60,636 nucleotides of DNA from Promethearchaeota archaeon Loki_b31 (GTDB taxonomy: Archaea; Asgardarchaeota; Lokiarchaeia; Sigyniarchaeales; SOKP01). Every line of letters begins with the position of its first letter. The stretch's first letter is position 1. The translations under genes were made by a program, and so were the position numbers. Under the pieces are notes generated by a model. It had not been told where the DNA came from. It searched no databases and was given only the letters and a program-made list of their open reading frames with translations. Positions 19,641-28,655 of this stretch are shown piece by piece. Location: positions 1 to 60,636 of the forward strand of contig NJBI01000014.1 of assembly GCA_005222975.1 (NCBI GenBank), written 5' to 3'.

Positions 19641-20192
19641 TTACTCTATTTTATCTGCTAATCCGTTTAATTGTGCTATCTTATATTTGCATTTGTCACC
19701 GCACCCTTCTTCTAGCGTTGGAGAATGTTCTTCGCTGTCGAAATCGATTGGTAATATAAAATCTTTAGCAATCTCAATAACTAATTCCATCGAGACTGAC
19801 TGGACATCGGGATTACTTCTAAAATGGTAATTTACAATACTATCTAATTTATCCAATTTAGAACTCGCAAGTAAAATCATAATGTTGTGATCCCCGCTTA
19901 ATCTAAAGGCGTTCAACATGAAAGGACAAAATTTCGCCATATCAAGTATTACATTTGGGCGCTTTGTATTTATTTCTACAGTAGCTAAGAATAAATCCAC
20001 CTTTTTGAAATTAATTCCCGGCTGAAATTGAAGAATTCCTTCTCTCTCGAGCTTTTTTATTCTCATCCCAACAGTTGGTTGAGACCGATTTATTTTTTCA
20101 GCAATTTGAGTGTGCGTAAGGTTTGGATCTTCCTGTACTAATGTTATGATTTGACGATCGATGTCATCAAGCTTTAATTTTTCTGATATCAT
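19641..20192 (-). CDS. Lrp/AsnC family transcriptional regulator (paralog)
   Basis: LDDIDRQII, SQPTVGMRIKKLEREG and LSGDHNI. Confidence 0.9.
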   Translation of the reverse strand: MISEKLKLDDIDRQIITLVQEDPNLTHTQIAEKINRSQPTVGMRIKKLEREGILQFQPGINFKKVDLFLATVEINTKRPNVILDMAKFCPFMLNAFRLSGDHNIMILLASSKLDKLDSIVNYHFRSNPDVQSVSMELVIEIAKDFILPIDFDSEEHSPTLEEGCGDKCKYKIAQLNGLADKIE

Positions 20193-20370
20193 GTCTTTTC
20201 ACTAAAAACATTTTTTATTCTTATATTTTAATATATTTAATAATAATTTTTCAAATTAAAAAGATACTTATATTTTATAAATTGTGCGAAAAATTCAGAA
20301 GTCATAACTTGAAATGCCAATTTAAAAAAAACAAAATTCCCAAAAAAATGGTAACTAAATTTATGATCAG

Positions 20371-20613
20371 TTAATCAATCGTTATCGCTCTTAATTTACA
20401 TGCAGTTGTGCAAATATGGCATTTAATGCAGTTATCTTCTCGATCTTCAATAACGATACATTGAGGCTCAGAATTTTTGTTAACAACTTCATAAATTCCT
20501 CTAAAACATGCCTCCTCACAAGAAAATTCTTTACAAATCTTACATTTGTTAATATCAATATGATGGAACTTATAACTAACAATTTTACTATGATCTTGTG
20601 CGTCGTTCATCAT
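20371..20613 (-). CDS. 4Fe-4S dicluster ferredoxin
   Basis: CKIC...CEEAC and CIKCHICTTAC motifs. Confidence 0.85.
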   Translation of the reverse strand: MMNDAQDHSKIVSYKFHHIDINKCKICKEFSCEEACFRGIYEVVNKNSEPQCIVIEDREDNCIKCHICTTACKLRAITID

Positions 20614-20728
20614 GATAATTTAAAATAAAACTCCTTTTATCTCTATAGTTTATATTATATAATGGTATTATTTTAAGTTAAATTAAAATAAATCTAATTA
20701 GGTTAACGCAATAGCGTGTGGTTTTAGT

Positions 20729-21397
20729 ATGAATAATGTAAAAATACCGCTTTTTGAAATCCTCAATCTCAGCAAAGGAATCTTTTTAACTCGACCTAAT
20801 CGCTATGTAAGTGAAATCAAATACAAAAATGAAATAAAATTGGGTCATATCCACGATCCTGGGCGGCTAACAGAGTTGCTAATTAAGGGAAAAGAAGTTT
20901 TGTTCACTGATTCTCGTGGTAAATTAGATTACTATGTAAAAGCTGTAAAGCACAAAAACGAATGGATCTTAATTGATACTGCACTTCATTCTAAAATCGC
21001 ATTGAAAGTTTTTCCACACTTACTAGAAATTTCAAAAGTAAAAGAAATAAGTAAAGAAGTTCAGATTGGTAAAAGCAGGATAGATTTCGTTTTAGATGGA
21101 GTACCGTTAGAAGTAAAGGGAGTTACCTTAGTAAAAGAAGATCTAGCCTTGTTCCCAGACGCTCCTACCGAACGCGGAACTAGACATGTACAAGAAATTA
21201 TCGACAATAAGGGGATGCTTCTTTTTTTAGTGTTTCGTAAAGCGTCTAAATTCAAACCGAATTTTGAAACTGATCCAAAATTTTTCAATAAATTATCTGA
21301 AGCGAGAAAGAAAAAAGTACCAATTTATGTAGTACAACTCAGTTTTGATGGTAAAACAATTTATTACCAAAACAAAATACCATTAGCAGAGTTTTAA
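20729..21397 (+). CDS. sfsA: Sugar fermentation stimulation protein SfsA (PD-(D/E)xK nuclease-like)
   Basis: RPNRY, HIHDPGRL, SRIDF, EVKGVTL and FPDAPTERG. Confidence 0.92.
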   Translation: MNNVKIPLFEILNLSKGIFLTRPNRYVSEIKYKNEIKLGHIHDPGRLTELLIKGKEVLFTDSRGKLDYYVKAVKHKNEWILIDTALHSKIALKVFPHLLEISKVKEISKEVQIGKSRIDFVLDGVPLEVKGVTLVKEDLALFPDAPTERGTRHVQEIIDNKGMLLFLVFRKASKFKPNFETDPKFFNKLSEARKKKVPIYVVQLSFDGKTIYYQNKIPLAEF

Positions 21398-21750
21398 ACA
21401 GTTCCAAAATTAAAAGATAATAAATTAGTATTTAAAAATATATCATTTGCTCTTTTTCTTTTTTTTTTCTTTCGTTTTTTTCTTTTTTCATCAGGTTCTG
21501 GAGTAATGTCTACATCAACTTCCGCTATAATGAATGCAAGCAAAATTGGACCCGCTCCAGAATATCGGGGATCAGAAAAAGCACTAAATTTAATATCTTT
21601 TACTTTACAGTTTTTATCACTCTGATGCAAAATCATTAGATTTCTATTTACCTTACGAGTGAATTCTGAAGGATCTTCATAAGTCCCTCCAACGGCAAAA
21701 ACTTGGTCTATCCTAACTATATTTCGCTCTATTGGATTTATATTTTCCAT
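21394..21750 (-). CDS. Hypothetical protein with basic Lys/Arg tail
   Basis: ORF with a globular N-terminal part; the 3' end lies in A-rich homopolymers and is uncertain. Confidence 0.6.
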   Translation of the reverse strand: MENINPIERNIVRIDQVFAVGGTYEDPSEFTRKVNRNLMILHQSDKNCKVKDIKFSAFSDPRYSGAGPILLAFIIAEVDVDITPEPDEKRKKRKKKKRKRANDIFLNTNLLSFNFGTV

Positions 21751-21916
21751 ATTTTTTTACCAATAATTTACTTTTTAATAAACATAAAATTTCTTTATTT
21801 TAAATTTATTAGCCTTTTTGATTTGATTGATAAAACCAACAGTCTTTTGAATAATAAGCAATTGATTTTAAAAATAATAATATTAATAAAATTAAAATTA
21901 GAAAGAAATGCTTGAA

Positions 21917-22861
21917 TTAATATTCGATATTCATTTTTTTGACATAGTCGAAAGCTGAATACGCCGCTATAACTCCTTCAGCTACTCCTGTAATTGCTTG
22001 CTTAAACGGGGCGTCTGCGACATCTCCAGCAGCGAAAATACCGGGTATATTCGTCTCAGATTTTCTATTGATAATTATTTCGTTTTTCTCATCTGTTTTA
22101 ACGCTTATTCGTTTGGCTAAGTCTGAATTGGGAATAGAACCCACTTCGATAAATACACCATCTATATCAAATTCCTTTCCGTTGTCGAAAATAACTGACT
22201 TGACAGAAGTGTCTCCTTTAATTTCTACGATGTTAGTTTTGTATATAATTTCAATTTTTTCGTTTTCATAAACTCGTTTTTTATTTATCGGTTCCGCTCG
22301 GATTTCTTCTCCTCGATAAATGATATAAACCTTTTTCACATTCTGTGATAAAAACAACGCTTCCTTAGCGGCAGAATCACTTCCTCCAATCACAATTACG
22401 ACTTTATCTTTGTAAAACGGGCCATCGCATGTAGCGCAATAAGAAACGCCCCTTCCAGCAAACTCATCTTCGCCAGGGATTCCTAACTTCTTCCTTTCAG
22501 ATCCCGTAGCTATGCAAACCGTATAAGCTTTAAATTTTTGAAAAAATGAGTGTAAAATAAAGTGATCGTCCGCTTTTTCTATGCTTCTTATCTCGTCTGA
22601 TATGTAAGGAATGCTCAAGGAATTCATGTGTTCTTTAAACATATCCATTAACCCTTGACCGCTTGTTGAGGCGATTCCAGGGTAATTTTCAACAAGGTGA
22701 GTTGTAGCAATTAATCCACCAAATGTTTTCCCTACAATTAAAACGTTCAACGCGAACCTGGCGGCATAGATGGCACATCCAATAGCAGTCGGTCCACCAC
22801 CTAAAACAATTAGGTCGTAAGTTTTTTCAAAATCAACGCCTTCCATATCAATATTGAACAT
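21917..22861 (-). CDS. trxB: Thioredoxin-disulfide reductase (NTR-type)
   Basis: GGGPTA, VENYPG, GVSYCATCDG active site, GGSDSA and GIFAAGD. Confidence 0.93.
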   Translation of the reverse strand: MFNIDMEGVDFEKTYDLIVLGGGPTAIGCAIYAARFALNVLIVGKTFGGLIATTHLVENYPGIASTSGQGLMDMFKEHMNSLSIPYISDEIRSIEKADDHFILHSFFQKFKAYTVCIATGSERKKLGIPGEDEFAGRGVSYCATCDGPFYKDKVVIVIGGSDSAAKEALFLSQNVKKVYIIYRGEEIRAEPINKKRVYENEKIEIIYKTNIVEIKGDTSVKSVIFDNGKEFDIDGVFIEVGSIPNSDLAKRISVKTDEKNEIIINRKSETNIPGIFAAGDVADAPFKQAITGVAEGVIAAYSAFDYVKKMNIEY

Positions 22862-23531
22862 TGATGTTTCCTCCTATTAATGCTTTAAAAATTTCGTTTG
22901 CACCAACCATCCCAACTAAAGTCTTATTATCGTTAACGATCGTGTACGGAACGCCAGAAGCGTCATAGTATTGCCCTATATCTGGATTAGTCATGATGTC
23001 AACTATAATCGTCCGAATCTTTCCATCTGAAGCCAAAGCGAACATATTTGCCACTGTAGCAACGCTAGGACAGTAAGGGCACGCGTTAGTTAACATTACT
23101 CTAATCGTTGAAGGAGGAATGCGATCCAAGTTCTGTTTTATTGTCGCTTTGTAATAATTCGGAGCACCTGCGAAAACGAACAACGCTTGAATAAACGGTT
23201 GGATTTCTCCTCCTTGAGGAGCAGCTAGATAACGAATTATTTCGTGACCATCGTTGTCAATAAATAGAATAGTAGGAACGCGTTCCACATCGTATTTTTT
23301 GGCGAACTCAGGGTCATCATAAATTGATAATTCTTCGATTGTCAGCATACCGTTAGAGTTCGCTTCATACACTTTTAAGAGCGTCATAAATGTGTTGCAT
23401 TCTTGACATTCTCTAATAAAACTCCCATTAGGCTGACTCTTTTTGCTTGTAAATACTTTAAGTTTAACGGGCTTAGTTAATTTAGCCATTTCTTTTTGAA
23501 TAATTTCTTTATATATATCGTCTTGAGACAT
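22848..23531 (-). CDS. Protein disulfide oxidoreductase (PDO/AhpF-N-like, two Trx folds)
   Basis: CQEC and CPYC motifs; ERVP and GVP cis-Pro motifs. Confidence 0.88.
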   Translation of the reverse strand: MSQDDIYKEIIQKEMAKLTKPVKLKVFTSKKSQPNGSFIRECQECNTFMTLLKVYEANSNGMLTIEELSIYDDPEFAKKYDVERVPTILFIDNDGHEIIRYLAAPQGGEIQPFIQALFVFAGAPNYYKATIKQNLDRIPPSTIRVMLTNACPYCPSVATVANMFALASDGKIRTIIVDIMTNPDIGQYYDASGVPYTIVNDNKTLVGMVGANEIFKALIGGNINVQY

Positions 23532-23556
23532 TTTCTAATATCACCTTATTTAATCT

Positions 23557-24249
23557 TTAACTATACATACCCCCTAAATCTCGTTTACCTTTAGTTAGTT
23601 TCTCCAATAATTCTTGCGGAGTAAACATGCCATAAATGTGATCTTTATCGTTAATAATAGTGTGTGGTACTCCTTGTACTTGATATTTCATGGCAATGTC
23701 AGGATTGGCATCGACATCGATTATTTCTACAGAAACCTTTCCTTTTGAAACAATTGAGAATAAATTCGCCACTGGAACTGTAGCAGGACAATATGGACAA
23801 GTCTTAGTGATAAACATTTTCATTTTTGACTTTGGTATTTTCTTAAGGTGGGATACTATTTGATCTTTGTAGTATGGACTCACTCCCGAGAAGTATTGAA
23901 GGCTTTTAAGAAAAGGCGCTAACTCCGCTCCGGCAGGTGTCGCTGAGTACTTAATGACTACCTTTCCTTCTTTGTCAACAAATAAAATAGCTGGAATTCT
24001 GACAATATCATATTTCTTTGCGTCTTCCTCGTTTTCTTCCGTTGAATATTCTTCTATTTTTAATCTTCCACCGGATACTTCTTCTAATGTTTTTAATAAT
24101 TTGTAAGTGCCTTCACAAGCCATACATTTTCTAAGTTTACTTCCATCCTCTTGAATTTTGAAATCAGTAAACAGTTTTAACGATATGTTATCTTTTAATT
24201 TTGTCATTTCTCTCTTAATATTATCAAGTTCATTTTGAGAAAATAGCAT
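23557..24249 (-). CDS. Protein disulfide oxidoreductase (PDO) paralog
   Basis: CMAC and CPYC motifs; RIP and GVP. Confidence 0.88.
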   Translation of the reverse strand: MLFSQNELDNIKREMTKLKDNISLKLFTDFKIQEDGSKLRKCMACEGTYKLLKTLEEVSGGRLKIEEYSTEENEEDAKKYDIVRIPAILFVDKEGKVVIKYSATPAGAELAPFLKSLQYFSGVSPYYKDQIVSHLKKIPKSKMKMFITKTCPYCPATVPVANLFSIVSKGKVSVEIIDVDANPDIAMKYQVQGVPHTIINDKDHIYGMFTPQELLEKLTKGKRDLGGMYS

Positions 24250-24420
24250 AAAATCACCAATTATATTTCAATCTATTGTGAATATTTGAAATTACTCTTA
24301 AAATTTTTATTCGTTTAAATTATAAAAATTCTTATTAATTATCGATTTCACGATAAGTACTTTTAAAAATATCCTTTATAATAATTCAAATTTGTTTTTT
24401 CAATTAAGGAAGTATAATTT

Positions 24421-25415
24421 TTACATTAATAGGTCACAAGGATCTTTAAGTTGGTATTTAATTATTTGTTTTTTCCCATAGAATTTTAAAATCCAAAACG
24501 CATCGGGACAATAGGTAGTAATAAAACTTGAATTTTCTTTTATTTTTGAAATTTGATCCCCGATTTCTTTGAAATCTTCCATTCTTTTACGCGCAATCAT
24601 CTCAGCGACATCTACTCTTAATTGATGTCCAACGCCACCGCCACAACAATAATGGGGTACATTTACAACATTATAACCGCTATCCTCATATATTTTTTTG
24701 AGCTTTTCTTCAATGCCAGGAAATTCTATATACTTTAGTGGGCAAGCGTGTTGAAATATTATATCTCCCGATTTTTTTTCTTCTGAAAGTGTTAAATATT
24801 CTGTAAAGTATTCTATTTTAATACCTAAATCGGCATAATGTTTTTTAAATACCATATAACAACTTGGGCATACGGTTATAATTTTTTCAAAGCCTTTTTC
24901 TTTAAACAGCTCCTTATTTCTGTCAACCATTAGGTTATATGTATCAATTTCCCCCGTACACAAGATAGGATAACCACAGCATATTTCTTGGTCTAAGATA
25001 CAAAAATCTACATTTTTACTTAGAAGATATCTTGCGGTGTTTTCGCCATATATTGGAGTTTTCACGGTCGTAAAGCACCAAAGTATAATAATGTCTTACT
25101 GTTTTCATTAGTGCCCTTTAAAGGTTTAATTCTACTTTTATTATACTTGAATGGAGTTCCAAACTTTTCTAGAGTCTCAATTTGTTCGCTCAAGCCTTCA
25201 ATCTTATTTCCATCTTTTAAAATTTTCTGCTTTAAAAGAAACCGCTCATAATGCGTGCCGCAAGCGCCACAATGAACGCAATTATACACCCTAAGATAAT
25301 CTTCTTGCTTGAATTTGTAATTATCCTTAGTTTTTAATAACTCTATTACTTCTTCATTCGTTATAAAATTATCTGGGTCGACATCTCTGCAGGGACAACT
25401 ATAATCTTCATTCAT
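24421..25415 (-). pseudogene. CCG-domain Fe-S oxidoreductase split by a single-base frameshift near 25077-25080 (pseudogene or sequencing error)
   Basis: ORFs 25062-25415 and 24421-25065 align consecutively to the paralog at 25425-26417. The minus strand reads TAC TTT GG TGC TTT ACG ACC GTG, so one added base restores YFGCFTTVKTP. Confidence 0.8.
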
Positions 25416-25424
25416 TTTAGTATT

Positions 25425-26417
25425 TTATAGTAGTAGTTCGAATACATCTTTAGCTTTAGGTTTTATTTTGCATAATTTACTATATCTTGCTAAGATCCAC
25501 CAGCAGCTCGGACAATATGTCGTACAATAATCGCCACCTGCTTCATCAAAGTCGCCCAATCTTTTGCGTGCTATTTTGTCAATGACATCAGTACGATGCA
25601 TATAACCAAGACCACCACCACAACACCAGTGAGGTATGTCTACTACTTCGTATCCGCTTTTTTCTAATGTGTTATTTACTAATTTATCGATACCCTTCGT
25701 GCCGCGATTCATTAGTTGACAAAGGTGTTGCACCCCTACTTTTCCTGCCTTTTTTGTATCAGAAGGTTTTAAGTACTCTGAGATATACTTAAATTCTATT
25801 TCTGATTTCATTGAAGGCTTGTAATATTTATTAAAAAGAAAGTAACAAGCAGGACATAAACAAATAACTTTTTTAAATTTTTCAAAAATTTCTATATTTT
25901 CTTCTTTACATGTTTCAAACTCTTGAAAACAACCAGATGCGAACCAAGGCCACCCACAACATATTTCCTTATCTAAGGTTGTAAAATCGACTTTTTGTTT
26001 TAGCAAATATTTAAGTGAATGCTCAGTATATCTTGGAATCCGTATTGTCGAAAGACAACCCATATAAAAAAGAGTGTCAGATTCTTTAGAGATTCCTTCT
26101 GGTGTTCTAATACGCATTTTATTCGAAGGATATGGCGTGCGATATTTGCGGAAACATTCTATCATATCATCAAGACCTTCAACGCTATTACCATCTTCGA
26201 GAAATCTTTGTTTTAAAAGAAGGCGCTCTTCTTCTGTGTCGCATTCACCGCAATGAACGCAGTTATAAAGTTTGTAGTAATCTTCTTGTACAAATTTTAA
26301 GGTTTTTTTGTTTTTTGTTAAATTTCTAACCTCATCATCGCTCAAATAATTATCGGGGTCAACTTCCTCGGTAGGAAAATTTTTTCTCCCTTTAATTCTT
26401 TCTTTTAATGTATTCAC
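25425..26417 (-). CDS. CCG-domain (HdrB/GlpC-like) Fe-S oxidoreductase
   Basis: CVHCGEC, then two CCG domains (MGC..CCG..CPAC; HLC..CCGGG..CPSC). Confidence 0.85.
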   Translation of the reverse strand: MNTLKERIKGRKNFPTEEVDPDNYLSDDEVRNLTKNKKTLKFVQEDYYKLYNCVHCGECDTEEERLLLKQRFLEDGNSVEGLDDMIECFRKYRTPYPSNKMRIRTPEGISKESDTLFYMGCLSTIRIPRYTEHSLKYLLKQKVDFTTLDKEICCGWPWFASGCFQEFETCKEENIEIFEKFKKVICLCPACYFLFNKYYKPSMKSEIEFKYISEYLKPSDTKKAGKVGVQHLCQLMNRGTKGIDKLVNNTLEKSGYEVVDIPHWCCGGGLGYMHRTDVIDKIARKRLGDFDEAGGDYCTTYCPSCWWILARYSKLCKIKPKAKDVFELLL

Positions 26418-26496
26418 CTAAAAATTGAAATTGAGAATCTTTATTAAAAATGTGGTTTAAAGTTAGTAAGCTTTGTATGAGTATTTTGCTGTTGAA

Positions 26497-26652
26497 CTAT
26501 TCTTTTTTAACTTTAACATTAGTTCTTTGGATTCCTACTTCTTTATTTCCTGGAATCGCCGTTCCGCAGTTGTCTTTTTTAGGTTCGCTTTCTTTAAAGG
26601 CTTTATCTAATTCGTCTTCTAATTCATCATCTGTCATTTCTTTATCTGGCAT
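26497..26652 (-). CDS. Small acidic hypothetical protein (51 aa; not in ORF track)
   Basis: MPDKEMTDDELEDELDKAFKESEPKKDNCGTAIPGNKEVGIQRTNVKVKKE. Co-oriented with the redox genes, with a TATA-like element upstream. Confidence 0.6.
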   Translation of the reverse strand: MPDKEMTDDELEDELDKAFKESEPKKDNCGTAIPGNKEVGIQRTNVKVKKE

Positions 26653-26833
26653 ATAATATAAAGAGAACCCGAATTATTTAAGGATTTTATTTATAAAAAA
26701 TTGATTTGTTAAATATTAACAAAGCAAACGATTTATTTACAGAATATTTTATTATAATATAGAAATTAAAAAGAAAGAAACTTGACATTATTACTTTTTT
26801 AATAAGTAATAGAAGTTTATTCTTTTTAAAATT

Positions 26834-26920
26834 TTAACGACTTATATAAGAATTTGTTAAAGCTTGGGAATATATCTTACATTTAACATCTTTTATTGCT
26901 GGTTTTTTATTATAGCTCAT
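26834..26920 (-). CDS. Putative 28-aa small protein (not in ORF track)
   Basis: MSYNKKPAIKDVKCKIYSQALTNSYISR, preceded by GGAGG and a TATA-like TTTATATA. Confidence 0.45.
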   Translation of the reverse strand: MSYNKKPAIKDVKCKIYSQALTNSYISR

Positions 26921-27005
26921 TTTTCTTTCCTCCAAATTGTTTTTTTATTATTTTTTTTTATTATTTTTTTTCTAATTAGTATATTATTTTTTTCATATAT
27001 AAATG

Positions 27006-27046
27006 TTGTGTATTTTTTGTGTATCGATGATCAATAAATTGTGTAT
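27006..27046. promoter_or_regulatory. Phased direct-repeat operator candidate (TTGTGTAT x3)
   Basis: Exact copies at 27006, 27017 and 27039 (offsets 11 and 33 bp), next to a minus-strand TATA-like box. Confidence 0.45.
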
Positions 27047-27288
27047 TAATCAATAAAAGAAAAAGTGAAAATGAGGAGTACTCATTCTATATCCTTCATA
27101 TTTTAAGTATTTGTATCAAATTAATCAAAAACCATCTTGATTTAATAAAGGGTTCGTTTCAAAACCTAATTTTGATTCCGTTTAGTAAAACAAGAATCTG
27201 AAATTTTTTTATAGGAATTTTAGGGGTAATCTTATTATTTTTGTGGTTTAACACAAAAAGAAAGAAAAAAAGTTAAAACTAGTATATT

Positions 27289-27654
27289 TTATTTATTAAA
27301 GTATTCTAAAACTGCGTTCTCTTTTTCAAGAGGTCTCCTTTCCGGAACGATCACAAACTCTGTATTTATTGTTTCGTAAAAATCTGAACATAGATACAAG
27401 TTGCAATAACAAGCACCAAAATCCTTCACATCGTCAGGAGCGTAATCACATGGGCAAATTATATCTCTATCCAAATCTCTATTACCTGAAGCAAGACGAC
27501 AGGGACAAGATTGATAGCCGTGTTTCTTCTTATTTTCTACTAAACCATCAATTAAATCATCAAATGTAACTTGATCTTTATTTAAAATCCAATCATTTTT
27601 TTGACTGACAGTCTCTACGTACTCTTTCATTCCTTCTTTAGTTTCCATATCCAT
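27289..27654 (-). CDS. Ferredoxin:thioredoxin reductase catalytic subunit-like
   Basis: CPCR...CPC...CYCNLY and VPERR. Confidence 0.92.
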   Translation of the reverse strand: MDMETKEGMKEYVETVSQKNDWILNKDQVTFDDLIDGLVENKKKHGYQSCPCRLASGNRDLDRDIICPCDYAPDDVKDFGACYCNLYLCSDFYETINTEFVIVPERRPLEKENAVLEYFNK

Positions 27655-27655
27655 C

Positions 27656-27973
27656 TTAATTTCCTCCGGGTTTCAATAATTCTTCGTATTTATTTAGATC
27701 ATATCCGATAACAAATTTATCGTCGCAAACGAGAAATGGATAGGCGATTCTGTCTGGTTTGTAATTCTCTCTTACGTATTTTAATAACTTTATTTTTTCG
27801 CCTGAATCGATTTGATCAAGATCGACATATCGATACTTCACATTCTTGTCTTTTAAATATTTTTTGCATTTCTTGCACCACATACAAGTTGAGAGTGTAA
27901 AAATCATTACATCGTGAGCATTGTCTGCTCCATCAACTTCTTGGGTAAGTTTTTCTATAAATTCTGGGAACAT
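27656..27973 (-). CDS. Glutaredoxin-like protein
   Basis: TLSTCMWCKK, AYP and IGYD; adjacent to FTR. Confidence 0.88.
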   Translation of the reverse strand: MFPEFIEKLTQEVDGADNAHDVMIFTLSTCMWCKKCKKYLKDKNVKYRYVDLDQIDSGEKIKLLKYVRENYKPDRIAYPFLVCDDKFVIGYDLNKYEELLKPGGN

Positions 27974-28018
27974 TTTTTTCGCCTTATATGTTTGATTAAT
28001 AATTATGAATTATTTTAA

Positions 28019-28504
28019 TTAGATTTTATTACTTTTTGCTAAGTTTACTTTCCAATTTGGGTCTATACACTCGTAAGCACTTTCTGTAAGCTTTCTAATA
28101 TCGCTATCACACGAAGATAAAAGGATACCTAAATGTTCTAAAGCCCTCTTATCTCCGATCTTCATCAAACTTTCAATAATTAAAAATAAACGAGTTTTAT
28201 CCTGCTCGTCTTCCGGTTTTTCGAGTTCTTTTTTTAACAGCTCTACAATTCGCAAAGTAGCTTTCGCGTTTTTAATTTCACCCATCGCTTCTATTATTCT
28301 GTTTATGACAATAGGGTCTTTCTCTAATCTTAAAGCTCTCGCCAATAAATTTGTGGCTCTTCCCTCTTTAAAACGCCCAATCCGTCTAGCCGCAGAAGCG
28401 CGCTCCATTATCTCTCCATGAAATAAGTTTTTCAGAGCGAGATCGTACTCATTATCTCTATCCTTAGAAGTATTAGAATTCATTAAGTAAGAAAGATGGT
28501 ACAT
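28019..28504 (-). CDS. HEAT-repeat protein
   Basis: Repeating ERASAARRIG / IIEAMGEI / IIESLMKIG...LL pattern. Confidence 0.8.
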   Translation of the reverse strand: MYHLSYLMNSNTSKDRDNEYDLALKNLFHGEIMERASAARRIGRFKEGRATNLLARALRLEKDPIVINRIIEAMGEIKNAKATLRIVELLKKELEKPEDEQDKTRLFLIIESLMKIGDKRALEHLGILLSSCDSDIRKLTESAYECIDPNWKVNLAKSNKI

Positions 28505-28655
28505 ACATTAAAATTTGATTTTTATAAATTATTAAATTTGCTCATAAAAATAGTTATTTTATTTGAATTTTTAGATTAAAATCATTTGATATAAATATAA
28601 AACTAATTGTGTCTTTAATATATTTTAAGTAAGAAATAATTACTTTTTAATTGCC

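Noticed and set aside
21440-21490. Lys/Arg run as an NLS-like signal or programmed frameshift
   Set aside because: It lies in A homopolymers prone to sequencing error, and basic tails are common in this AT-rich genome.
25062-25064. TGA between the two CCG half-genes as a selenocysteine codon
   Set aside because: The downstream half is in a different frame. A 1-nt frameshift upstream explains the break, and the TGA does not align to a Cys.
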